From positions 512,001 through 576,000 of the forward strand of contig CAWKDB010000002.1 in the NCBI GenBank assembly GCA_963848295.1: 64,000 nt of DNA, written 5' to 3'. Source of the DNA: an uncultured delta proteobacterium (lineage in GTDB: Bacteria; Myxococcota_A; Polyangia; Haliangiales; Haliangiaceae). This document shows positions 28,721 through 37,576 of the stretch, one piece after another. The stretch's first letter is position 1. Every line of letters starts with the position of its first letter. The notes under the pieces were generated by a model. It was not told the origin of the DNA, made no database searches, and saw nothing but the letters and a program-made list of their open reading frames with translations. The position numbers and the translations under genes were made by a program.

Positions 28721-30327
28721 TCGGCGAGCCGGTCGAACGAGGCGCGCAGCCGGCGCGACGCAGGGCGACCGCGGTGGAGCTGCGGCGGATCAGCAAGACG
28801 TTCCCCGGGGTCCGCGCGTTGCACGACGTCTCGCTCGCGGTCGCACCGGGCGAGGTGCTCGGCCTGGTCGGCGAGAACGGCGCCGGCAAGTCGACGCTGA
28901 TCAAGATCCTCGGCGGCGTGTATCCGGCGGGCTCGTATCGCGGCGAGGTCGTGGTCGGCGGTCGCGTGCACGGGTTTCGCGGCACCGCCGACGCGCGCAA
29001 GGCCGGCATCGCGATCGTGCACCAAGAGCTGAGCCTGATCCCCGAGATGTCGGTCGCCGACAACCTCGCGCTCGGGCGCGAGCCGGCGTGGTTGGGCATC
29101 CTCGATCGCGAGCGCGTCCAAGCCGATGCGCGGTCCTTGCTGACGGCCGTGATCGGCGAGACCGATGCCATCTCGATCGATCCCGATCAACCGGTCGGCG
29201 AGCTCGGCATCGGCACGCAGCAGCTCATCGAGATCGCGCGCGCGCTCGCGACCGCGGCGAAGGTGATCGTGCTCGACGAGCCGACCGCCGCGCTCACCGA
29301 TGGCGAGATCGCGCAGTTGTTCGCGCTGATCCGCGAGCGTCGCGCGACCGGCGCTTCCTTCATCTACATCTCGCACCGACTCGAGGAGATCGCCGAGCTC
29401 TGCGATCGCGTCGCGGTGTTGCGAGATGGCGAGCTCGTCGCGGTCAAGGCCCCGAGCGATGATCTGATTCCGTCAATGACCGGCGATCTGCGGCCCGGCG
29501 TAGACGCGGATCTGGATCGTGCACGTCCACGTGCAGGTGTCACGTGCACGTCCACGTCCACGATCTACCCCGTGCTGTCGGTTCAGAACCTCCGAGTCGA
29601 GCACCCGACCGTGCCCGGCCGAGCGGTCGTCGACGGTCTCAGCTTTCGCGTCGCCGCCGGCGAGGTCGTCGCGCTCGCCGGTGCGCTCGGCTCGGGACGG
29701 ACGGCCACGTTGTCCGCACTGTTCGGCATCGCACGCGCGGGTGCATCGGGCGAGATCCAGGTCGACGGCAAGCCCGTCGTGATCCGCAGCCCGATCGACG
29801 CGATCGCCGCCGGCCTCGCGTTCGTGCCCGAGGACCGCAAAGCGCAAGGCCTGGTGCTCGGGCTGTCGGTCGGCGACAACCTCGCGCTGTCGGCGCTCGG
29901 CCGGCTGTCCCGGTTCGGCATCGTCGATAGCGCGCGCGCCGAGCGATCGGCGCTGTCTCGTCTCCGCGACCTCAGTATCAAGGCGCCGAGTCTCGGCGCC
30001 GAGGTCGCGACTTTGTCCGGCGGCAACCAGCAGAAGATCGTGATCGGCAAGTGGCTCGAGCTTGCCCCTCGCGTGCTGTTGCTCGACGAGCCGACGCGTG
30101 GCGTCGACGTCGGCGCGAAGGCCGAGATCTATCGGCTGATCGAGGAGCTGGTCGCGCGCGGACACGCGGTCGTGATCGCGTCGTCTGACCTGCCGGAGAC
30201 CGTCCGGCTCGCCGATCGCGTGCTCGTGCTGCGCGAAGGCCGACTCGTCGGCCAGCTCGCGAGCGAGGCGATCACCCAGCTCGCGATCATGCGCCTCGCC
30301 GTGGGTACCGAGAGGAGCGCGTCGTGA
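28717..30327 (+). CDS. xylG: Monosaccharide ABC transporter ATP-binding protein (XylG/RbsA type)
   Basis: GENGAGKST, HQEL, LDEPT twice, VPEDRK, LSGGNQQK; GTGA coupling. Confidence 0.9.
   Translation: MIGEPVERGAQPARRRATAVELRRISKTFPGVRALHDVSLAVAPGEVLGLVGENGAGKSTLIKILGGVYPAGSYRGEVVVGGRVHGFRGTADARKAGIAIVHQELSLIPEMSVADNLALGREPAWLGILDRERVQADARSLLTAVIGETDAISIDPDQPVGELGIGTQQLIEIARALATAAKVIVLDEPTAALTDGEIAQLFALIRERRATGASFIYISHRLEEIAELCDRVAVLRDGELVAVKAPSDDLIPSMTGDLRPGVDADLDRARPRAGVTCTSTSTIYPVLSVQNLRVEHPTVPGRAVVDGLSFRVAAGEVVALAGALGSGRTATLSALFGIARAGASGEIQVDGKPVVIRSPIDAIAAGLAFVPEDRKAQGLVLGLSVGDNLALSALGRLSRFGIVDSARAERSALSRLRDLSIKAPSLGAEVATLSGGNQQKIVIGKWLELAPRVLLLDEPTRGVDVGAKAEIYRLIEELVARGHAVVIASSDLPETVRLADRVLVLREGRLVGQLASEAITQLAIMRLAVGTERSAS
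29500..29568. repeat. CACGT(C/G) hexamer repeat with inverted ends inside the ABC ATPase linker
   Basis: GTAGA...GATCGTGCACGTCCACGTGCA...CACGTGCACGTCCACGTCCACGATCTAC. Confidence 0.6.
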
Positions 30328-31475
30328 AGCTCGAAAAATCGGCCACCGCACCGGGTCGCCGCCTCGACCTCAACGCCTGGGCGATGGCGGGCGTGCTCGC
30401 CGCGATGTGGCTCGTGCTCGCGCTGTTGCCCGCGACGAGCGGCGTATTCCTCTCGCGCCTGAATCTTGGAAACCTGGTGACGCAGTGCTCGGTCCTGCTC
30501 GTGGTCTCGGTCGGGATGACGCTGGCGATCGTGATCCGCGGGATCGATCTGTCGGTCGGGGCCGGCGTCGCCTTGATCGCGGTGGTCACCGCGCTCGCAC
30601 ACCGCGATCTCGGTCTGCCCGCCCCGGCCGCGATCGGCATCGCCCTCGCTTGCGGCGCCGCGATCGGCGCCTGGCACGGCCTGTGGGTCGGCTGGCTCGG
30701 CGTGCCGGCGTTCGTCGTCACGCTCGCCGGGTTCAAGGCCTACCGCGGCGCCGCGCTCGTCGTGTCGCACGCGTCCGCGGTCTCGGTCGGCAACGACTTC
30801 AGCTGGCTGAACGCTCGCGTCCCGGCGGGCGCGACCTGGGCGATCGTCGGCGCGACGTTGTGCGTCGGCCTCGCGCTCGTCTTGCGCGAGGCGAGCCGGC
30901 GCAAGCAGCTCGGGCTGCCGGCACTGACCACGAAAGTGGTCGCCATGCGATCGGGTTGCCAGATCGCGGTCGCGGGCTGCGTGCTCGCCGTGTTCGGCGA
31001 CGCCGGTGTGCCGGTGATCGTGCTCGTCGCAGGTGCGGTCGCGTTGTGGGGGTCGTTCCTGCTCAAGCGCACGCGCTTCGGCCGTCACGTCTACGCGATC
31101 GGCGGGAACCCCGAGGCCGCGCGGCTCTCCGGCGTGAACGTCCGGCGCGTCACGCTCGGCGTCTATGCGATCCTCGGCGTGCTCACCGCGATCGCGGCCG
31201 TGCTGTCGCTCGGTCGCATCGGCAGCGCGACGCCAGGCAGCGACGGCACGTTGCTCGAGCTCGACGCGATCACCGCGGTCGTGATCGGCGGCGCGTCGCT
31301 CTCGGGCGGACGCGGCACGGTCGTCGGAACCGTGCTCGGCACGCTCGTGTTCGCCACGCTCGGCAACAGCATGACGTTGCTCCACATCGATTCCAACTGG
31401 CAGCTGATCTTTACCGGCTTGGTTCTACTCGTCGCCGTGTTGGTCGATGTCGTCGCGAAAGGCAAACGGTCGTGA
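30324..31475 (+). CDS. xylH: Monosaccharide ABC permease (XylH type)
   Basis: GIDLSVG, VPAFVVTL, TRFGRHVYAIGGNPEAARLSG, ELDAITAVVIGGASL. Confidence 0.9.
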   Translation: MKLEKSATAPGRRLDLNAWAMAGVLAAMWLVLALLPATSGVFLSRLNLGNLVTQCSVLLVVSVGMTLAIVIRGIDLSVGAGVALIAVVTALAHRDLGLPAPAAIGIALACGAAIGAWHGLWVGWLGVPAFVVTLAGFKAYRGAALVVSHASAVSVGNDFSWLNARVPAGATWAIVGATLCVGLALVLREASRRKQLGLPALTTKVVAMRSGCQIAVAGCVLAVFGDAGVPVIVLVAGAVALWGSFLLKRTRFGRHVYAIGGNPEAARLSGVNVRRVTLGVYAILGVLTAIAAVLSLGRIGSATPGSDGTLLELDAITAVVIGGASLSGGRGTVVGTVLGTLVFATLGNSMTLLHIDSNWQLIFTGLVLLVAVLVDVVAKGKRS

Positions 31476-32521
31476 TAGCTCGCTCGCTCGTGATCTCCGC
31501 TGTGATCGCCGCCGCCTTGGCCGCGTGCAAGAGCGAGCCCGGCCCGCAGGTCGGATTCCTGCTGTCGACGCTACAAGAGGAGCGCTACCAGAAAGACGTC
31601 AAGTACTTCGAGCAGCACGCGCGCGAGCTCGGGATGAGCGTCGCCACGCTCGCCGCCGACAACGACAACACGAAGCAGCTCGCGCAAGTCGAGGACTTGC
31701 TCGCGCAGGGCGTGAAGGTGCTGGTCGTGCAACCGACCGACAGCACGGCGGCGGCGCGCTACGTCGAGCTCGCGCACGAGCACGGCGCGAAGGTCGTCGC
31801 CTACGACCGCGTGATCAACTCGCCCGATCTCGACTACTACGTGTCGCACGACAGCTATCGCGTCGGTGTGCTCCAGGCGCAGGCCGCGCTCGCCGCGACC
31901 GGCGGCAAAGGCAACTACGTGCTGCTCGCCGGCCAATCGGGTCACTCGGTCGCGACCGAGATCACGCGCGGCTACGAAGACACGCTCGCACCGTACGTCG
32001 CGCGCGGCGACGTTCACATCGTGCTCAAGCAGAACCACAGCGCGTGGTCGCCCGAGCAAGCGCTCAAGTCGGTCGAAGATGCGCTCACGTTGAGCGGGGG
32101 GAAGCTCGACGCGATCCTCGCGAACAACTCGGGGATGGCGCGAGGCGCGGTCCAGGCGATCACCGCGGCGGGGCTGACGAACGTGTTCATCGCCGGCGCG
32201 GATGCCGATGCCGCGAACGTCAACTTCGTATGCGAGGGCAAGCAGACGATCGAGATCCTCAAAGACATCCAACCGCTGGCGCGAACCGCGGCCGACGTCG
32301 CGCACGAGCTGCTCGACGGTGGGGGGCGCCGCGGCTCGGTCGACGATCGCGCGCCGAGAACGGGCGAGACGATCGCGATCGGCGGGAAGAACGTCCCGAT
32401 CGCTGCGGTCCGCGTCGAGGTCGTGACGCCGGCGAACGTCAAGCCGCTGCTCGTCGACTCGGGGTTCCTATCCGCCGACGAGTTGCCGGCGTGCAAAGAC
32501 CGCCTCGCGGTGGCGAGGTAG
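31472..32521 (+). CDS. xylF: Sugar-binding lipoprotein (XylF type)
   Basis: Lipobox LAAC; EERYQKD, VVAYDR, GADAD, QTIEILK. Confidence 0.85.
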   Translation: MIARSLVISAVIAAALAACKSEPGPQVGFLLSTLQEERYQKDVKYFEQHARELGMSVATLAADNDNTKQLAQVEDLLAQGVKVLVVQPTDSTAAARYVELAHEHGAKVVAYDRVINSPDLDYYVSHDSYRVGVLQAQAALAATGGKGNYVLLAGQSGHSVATEITRGYEDTLAPYVARGDVHIVLKQNHSAWSPEQALKSVEDALTLSGGKLDAILANNSGMARGAVQAITAAGLTNVFIAGADADAANVNFVCEGKQTIEILKDIQPLARTAADVAHELLDGGGRRGSVDDRAPRTGETIAIGGKNVPIAAVRVEVVTPANVKPLLVDSGFLSADELPACKDRLAVAR

Positions 32522-32523
32522 CG

Positions 32524-33972
32524 ATGATCCGCGCGGCGCTGATCGGTGTGCTCGTGATAGGCGTGGTGCGTATCGCGCGTGCGGATACGCCGACGCCGGA
32601 TCCGGCACCGGGCTCGGGCTCGGGCTCGGATGCGGGCTCGGATGCGGGCTCGGGCTCGGATGCGACGGTGACCGCGCCGCCGAAGCAGACCGCGGCGATC
32701 GAGCCGATCTCGTCGACAAACACGCTGACCGGCGAAGCGAAACCGCCGACGACCGATCTCACCACACTCAACGTCGGAGACGTCCGGTTCGAGCTTCACG
32801 GTTACGCGCGCATGCCGCTGTCGACCCAGGGCACGCGCGAGCCGTATCTCGTCGATGCCGATCCGTACCTGTCTGGCTTCTCCTACACGCGGCTGTACGA
32901 GCCCGACTGGTCGGAGCTGTTCTTTTCGGCGCGCCGCGGTGATTACAAGGCCGAGTTCGGATTCTTCGCGTCGCTGTACTCGGACTACGCGCAGGCCGAC
33001 ATCACGAACCAGCTCGGTGTCGCGCAAGCGTCGGTCAGCGCCGAGCACTTCCTCGGCAACCAAGATCTCTCGGTCCAAGTCGGCGTGTTCTGGGATCGCT
33101 TCGGCTACGTCGAGCCGTACGACACCTATGTGTTCGGCCGCACGCATCAAGGCGGGTTCAAGGCGACCTACAAGTTGCCCGGCGGCGGTCGGGTGCAAGC
33201 CGGGCTCGGCATCCACGAAGCGAACCTGCAACAGAACGAAGGCCTCACCCCGATCGCGCACGTCGCGGGCGCGTACCCCGTCGGCCCGGTCGAGCTCGGC
33301 GCGTACGTGTTGCGGACGTGGACCGACGACAAGCGCCAGCTCTCGCCGATCCAAGACGGCACGCTGTGGATCGCGGGCGCGGACGCTCGCTACAAGCTGC
33401 CGAACGATCGCGGCACCGCGTACCTCGCGTTCGCCTACTACGACATGGACAAGGTCCTGTACCTGTCGCCGTCGGTCGAGGTGATGAACTCCAGCGGCGG
33501 CCAAGGCCTGACCGAAAACTTCCTCGGCCTGACGAATAGCAACGACGGCAGCGGTCGGATGTACACGCTCGCCGGCGACGTCAAGGTCAAGCTCGACGAC
33601 CGCGCCGCGGTGCGCGGCTTCGGCATGGCGACGTGGGTGCGGTCGCCTCAGGTCGACGAGATGGATGCGCTCGACAACAAGGACCGCCGGCTGTACGTCA
33701 AGTGGGGCGTCGAGCCGAGCTACAAGATCTTGCCGAAGCTGGTCGCGGCGCTGCGCTACGACCGCGTGATCCTCGACATCTACGATTCGCAGGACAGCTT
33801 TCGCGTGTTATCGCCGAAGCTGTCGTTCCCACTCGACACGTGGGGCGAGATCTTCGTGCAGTACTCGCACTATTGGTACGGTGACAAGATCGCGCTGCGC
33901 CCCGGTCAGGTCCCGCTCGAGACGATGCCGGACAGCGACGTGTTCAAGGTCCAGGCGCAAGCGCGCTGGTAG
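32524..33972 (+). CDS. Outer-membrane beta-barrel protein, candidate sugar porin
   Basis: Signal peptide, GS linker, FELHGYAR start of barrel, alternating strands, ends QAQARW; last gene of the sugar operon. Confidence 0.75.
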   Translation: MIRAALIGVLVIGVVRIARADTPTPDPAPGSGSGSDAGSDAGSGSDATVTAPPKQTAAIEPISSTNTLTGEAKPPTTDLTTLNVGDVRFELHGYARMPLSTQGTREPYLVDADPYLSGFSYTRLYEPDWSELFFSARRGDYKAEFGFFASLYSDYAQADITNQLGVAQASVSAEHFLGNQDLSVQVGVFWDRFGYVEPYDTYVFGRTHQGGFKATYKLPGGGRVQAGLGIHEANLQQNEGLTPIAHVAGAYPVGPVELGAYVLRTWTDDKRQLSPIQDGTLWIAGADARYKLPNDRGTAYLAFAYYDMDKVLYLSPSVEVMNSSGGQGLTENFLGLTNSNDGSGRMYTLAGDVKVKLDDRAAVRGFGMATWVRSPQVDEMDALDNKDRRLYVKWGVEPSYKILPKLVAALRYDRVILDIYDSQDSFRVLSPKLSFPLDTWGEIFVQYSHYWYGDKIALRPGQVPLETMPDSDVFKVQAQARW

Positions 33973-34016
33973 GAATCCGCGGTGGCGGGGACGAGCCATG
34001 GGCTATCCTCGAGCGG

Positions 34017-34772
34017 ATGCGACTCCTCGCGTTCGCGCTGCTGTTGGCGTCCGGCTCGGCCGCAGCGGCTCCGTCCGTTCACGTCAGCTACGATGCCGAG
34101 CACCTCGATCTCGACAAGCACGTCCTGCAGTTCAAGCCGTCGCGCGCGGTGTCCGAGGCGACGCTCACCGTGATCGACGATGCCGGCAACGACCTCGGCG
34201 ACGCGCACGTCGAGTACGACAAGCTGCCCGCGAACGGTTGGCTCGCGATCGCGTGGACGCCGTCGAGCGACGCCCCGGTCATGAAGCTCGAGCTCGAGGT
34301 CAAGACCGCCGATGGCGCCGGGACACGGGTCGAGCTCATCCCGTGGTCGGCGACGATCGATCACGACGACGTCGAGTTCCGCACCGACAGCTCGACGATC
34401 GACGACGGCGAGCGCGCGAAGGTCGATGCGAGCGCTGCCAAGATCGTCGAGATCGTGCAACGGGTCGGCAAGCACATGAAGCTGACGCTGTACGTCGCCG
34501 GCCACACCGACACCGTCGGCCCGAGCGACAAGAACCGCAAGCTGTCGCTCGACCGCGCGATCGCGATCGGCCACTACCTCGCCGCGCATGGCGTCGCCGT
34601 GCCGATCGTCGTCGCAGGTTTCGGAGAGAGCGTCCCGAAGGTCGCGACGCCCGACAATACCGACGAGCCCGCGAATCGCCGCGCCGACTACGTGCTCGGC
34701 CCAGCGGGTGGCACCCCCCCGTTCCACGGCGCCTATCTCAAAGCCAAGGCGCAGTGGCGCGCGTTGCGCTGA
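34017..34772 (+). CDS. OmpA-family protein
   Basis: Signal peptide; AGHTDTVG, NRKLSLDRA, GFGE, NRRA. Confidence 0.9.
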   Translation: MRLLAFALLLASGSAAAAPSVHVSYDAEHLDLDKHVLQFKPSRAVSEATLTVIDDAGNDLGDAHVEYDKLPANGWLAIAWTPSSDAPVMKLELEVKTADGAGTRVELIPWSATIDHDDVEFRTDSSTIDDGERAKVDASAAKIVEIVQRVGKHMKLTLYVAGHTDTVGPSDKNRKLSLDRAIAIGHYLAAHGVAVPIVVAGFGESVPKVATPDNTDEPANRRADYVLGPAGGTPPFHGAYLKAKAQWRALR

Positions 34773-34824
34773 TCGCTTACGCGAAGCTGACACTACGACT
34801 CGGCGCGCGATCTACGCTGAGGCC

Positions 34825-35058
34825 ATGGATCGTGCTCGCATCGCTCGTCTCCTCGTCGCCGTCGTCGGCAGCGTCGCGCCCGCCGCGTGCGCTCACTCCC
34901 CGCAGGCGGAGCCGACGACCGCTCGCGCGCCGCAGCGAACCGTGGCTACGCCCGCGACCGTCGCGGCGCCCGCGACCGCGACCGCGCCTGCGCCGAAGCT
35001 GTTGTGCTGGCTGATGCACGATCCGCTGTGCGCGACGAAGGCACCGCGGATTTGCTGA
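34825..35058 (+). CDS. Small lipoprotein (77 aa) with Cys-containing tail
   Basis: Lipobox PAAC; Ala/Thr/Pro linker; CWLMHDPLCATKAPRIC; TACGCT 6 nt upstream. Confidence 0.6.
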   Translation: MDRARIARLLVAVVGSVAPAACAHSPQAEPTTARAPQRTVATPATVAAPATATAPAPKLLCWLMHDPLCATKAPRIC

Positions 35059-35666
35059 GCGCGACGTGGGCCCATCGCGCGTGGAGCGAGCGCTGCGCCG
35101 CGAATCACTATCGCCGACTTGCCGAGGCGTTGCGCGCGACCCCGTTCGCATCGTTCGCGCCGGACTACGCGCGCGCGAGCGACGACGAGCTCCGCCACGC
35201 CGATCTGTGCGAGCGCACGTGCCTCGAGCGCGGCGGCGCGCCGTTCACCGAGCCGACCGCGGATCCGCCGCTGGCGATCGTCGACGAGCGCGCGCTCGTC
35301 CTCGAGCTCGCGGTCACCGGACTCGGCGAGACGCTCAACGTCGTCCTGCTCCACGACGAGCTCGTCACCGCGCCGGAGTTCGCCGCGGTCACTCGCGTGT
35401 TGTTGCGCGACGAACGGCGCCACGCGCGTCTCGGCTGGGCGGTGCTCGATGCCGCCCAGACGCGCGCCGACCTCGGATGGCTAGCGCAGCCGATCGGTGA
35501 AGCGTTCGGCGAAGCCCACGCGCGCGGAGACGGCGCAGCCGATCTGATGCCAGCGCGTCGGGCCGAGGTACTCGCCGCCGGCCTCGAGCTCGTGATCGCG
35601 CCGGCGCTCGCTCGGATCGGCATCAGCGCGCCGCTTTGCGCGTGCTCCACGTCGCCCACGCGGTGA
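35052..35666 (+). CDS. Ferritin-like di-iron carboxylate protein
   Basis: E...DELRH...E...DERRH ligand pattern; TTG start overlapping the upstream stop (start uncertain). Confidence 0.75.
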   Translation: MLSATWAHRAWSERCAANHYRRLAEALRATPFASFAPDYARASDDELRHADLCERTCLERGGAPFTEPTADPPLAIVDERALVLELAVTGLGETLNVVLLHDELVTAPEFAAVTRVLLRDERRHARLGWAVLDAAQTRADLGWLAQPIGEAFGEAHARGDGAADLMPARRAEVLAAGLELVIAPALARIGISAPLCACSTSPTR

Positions 35667-36369
35667 CCGCCGCGAGTACGACGAGGCAGCCCACGCCGAG
35701 CGCGACGTAGCGCTCGACCATGCGGTGGACGCTCCAGCCGTAGACGTCGGTGAGCTTCGACGGGTCGGACAGCCCGACGCCTTCGATCTCGCCGAACGGG
35801 ATGACCCCAATATCGCTGCGCGCCGACCACCACGTCGCGAACGTATCGACATACGCCGCCGCGCCGATCGCGACGAAGCCCCAGCGCAACCCACCGCGCC
35901 GCAACCGCGGCACGAAGAAGCTCGCCATCAGCAAGGTGCCGAGCACCATCGCGCCACCGTCGCCGCCGAAGATGATCGCGGTCTGGGCTTGGACCTCGGT
36001 CAGTCCGAACGTGCCCACCACTTGCAGGACCGCGAGCGCGATGCCGAGCGCGAGTAGCCAGCGCCGCTCGAACTTGACTCCGACGTAGCAGACCGTCACC
36101 TCCGCCGCGGCCAGCGCGATCGGCGCGAGCGTGCCGCGAGCCGCGGGGATCAGCGTCTTCCACAGCGTCGGGATCGCGGCAAATCCGCAGAACCACCCGG
36201 TCAACGCGTGACCGACCTCGTGCACCATCATCGTCAGAAACGTGCGCTGCAGGTAATGGCCGAACGCCCACGCGTGGAACGCGAGCGCGATGACGAGCGC
36301 CGCCGGGATGACCGCAGCGCGCAGCTTCCACTCGCGCTCTAGATCGACGTCACGGTCGTCCACGCTCAA
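35623..36369 (-). CDS. Membrane protein, M50-like metallopeptidase
   Basis: HEVGH within a TM region; multiple TM helices; late SD motif. Confidence 0.7.
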   Translation of the reverse strand: MSVDDRDVDLEREWKLRAAVIPAALVIALAFHAWAFGHYLQRTFLTMMVHEVGHALTGWFCGFAAIPTLWKTLIPAARGTLAPIALAAAEVTVCYVGVKFERRWLLALGIALAVLQVVGTFGLTEVQAQTAIIFGGDGGAMVLGTLLMASFFVPRLRRGGLRWGFVAIGAAAYVDTFATWWSARSDIGVIPFGEIEGVGLSDPSKLTDVYGWSVHRMVERYVALGVGCLVVLAAVTAWATWSTRKAAR

Positions 36370-36779
36370 TCGTATTCGGGCTCGCGCGGGATCCCGAGTA
36401 AAATGTCAGCCATCGCGTCGCGGATCTCCGGCAGGGTCATCAGATTGCGAGTGACTCGCTCCGGCGCCGCGCCCCGCCGCCACGTCCACAGCCCGACCGC
36501 CTTGGGGTGCTCGAGCTCGAGGCAGTAGTACAGCCCGGTCTCGTCGAGCTCGCCCTCGGTCTCGACCCCGACCACGACGAGATCCGGCAAGTTGCCATCG
36601 CTGCGATCGTCGGCGTGCTCCGAGAAGCTGCGCAACGACGTCCACGCGGCGGGCAACCACGGCCGAAACGGCAACGCGTCCGCGATCGCGACCGTGTCGA
36701 ACACGTGGACCACGTCCGCAGGGATCGTCTTCCCGAGACGCGATCCGACCTCGTCCCACGAGGGAAGGCGGCGCGGCAC
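36366..36779 (-). CDS. Hypothetical protein
   Basis: 137-aa ORF coupled to both neighbours. Confidence 0.65.
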   Translation of the reverse strand: MPRRLPSWDEVGSRLGKTIPADVVHVFDTVAIADALPFRPWLPAAWTSLRSFSEHADDRSDGNLPDLVVVGVETEGELDETGLYYCLELEHPKAVGLWTWRRGAAPERVTRNLMTLPEIRDAMADILLGIPREPEYD

Positions 36780-36783
36780 TCGA

Positions 36784-37443
36784 TCACTCCGGGGGACGAA
36801 CCTGCTCGGCCGGCACGACCTCGTCGGTGTTCGGCCGCGCCACCACCTCGAACCGCGCGTGCGCCGGAACCTTCGCTCGCTCGTCCGGCGTCATCAGCGC
36901 GAACTCGAGCTGACCGAGCCGCTCGATCTCGGCGAGAGCGTTGAATCCGCCGATGAACTGACCGCGCAGGTAGACGTACGGTACGGTCTGCTGCTTCGTC
37001 TCGTTGATCAAGCTGACGAGCTTCGCCTCGTGCTCCGGCTCCTCGAGATCGACGTTATCGAAGTCGACCTTGAGGCGCTCGAGGATGGTGATCGCGCGGC
37101 CGGTCCACGGGCAGCTCTTCTTGCCGAAGATCTGCGCCTTGACGCTCGGATCGCCAAACCCGGCGACCGCGGCGGAGGGCTTCGCGGCTGGCGTAGTCGC
37201 GGCGACTTCGGCCTTGCGTTCGGCGACTCGCGTCGCCTTCGCGCTCGCTTCGTCCTTCGACACGAAGCTCTTGCCGAGCAGCTTGGCCACCCGCTTGCGC
37301 GCCGCGACGTAGCGCGGATCGACCGCGACCTTGTCGGTGAGGTAGTCGCGAATCTCGCCACCGATCTCGTCGGCGCGGTTCAGCGCGGAGAACAGCTTGG
37401 CGGTGGCGCGCTTGGTCAGCGTGGGTTCGTCAGCAGCGGGCAT
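36784..37443 (-). CDS. Monothiol glutaredoxin-like protein with N-terminal extension
   Basis: IFGKKSCPWT, TVPYVY, FIGG. Confidence 0.85.
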   Translation of the reverse strand: MPAADEPTLTKRATAKLFSALNRADEIGGEIRDYLTDKVAVDPRYVAARKRVAKLLGKSFVSKDEASAKATRVAERKAEVAATTPAAKPSAAVAGFGDPSVKAQIFGKKSCPWTGRAITILERLKVDFDNVDLEEPEHEAKLVSLINETKQQTVPYVYLRGQFIGGFNALAEIERLGQLEFALMTPDERAKVPAHARFEVVARPNTDEVVPAEQVRPPE

Positions 37444-37576
37444 CAGGGTTGTCTACCAGATTCCGAGCGGCTCCGGGAGCCTGATTTCTCGACGAGAAAC
37501 GGCCGGTTCACACGTCGCAACGCCTCCGCAACGAAGGCCACGGATCGCCGGCGCATCGTAGCGCTCAGGAGGTCCT

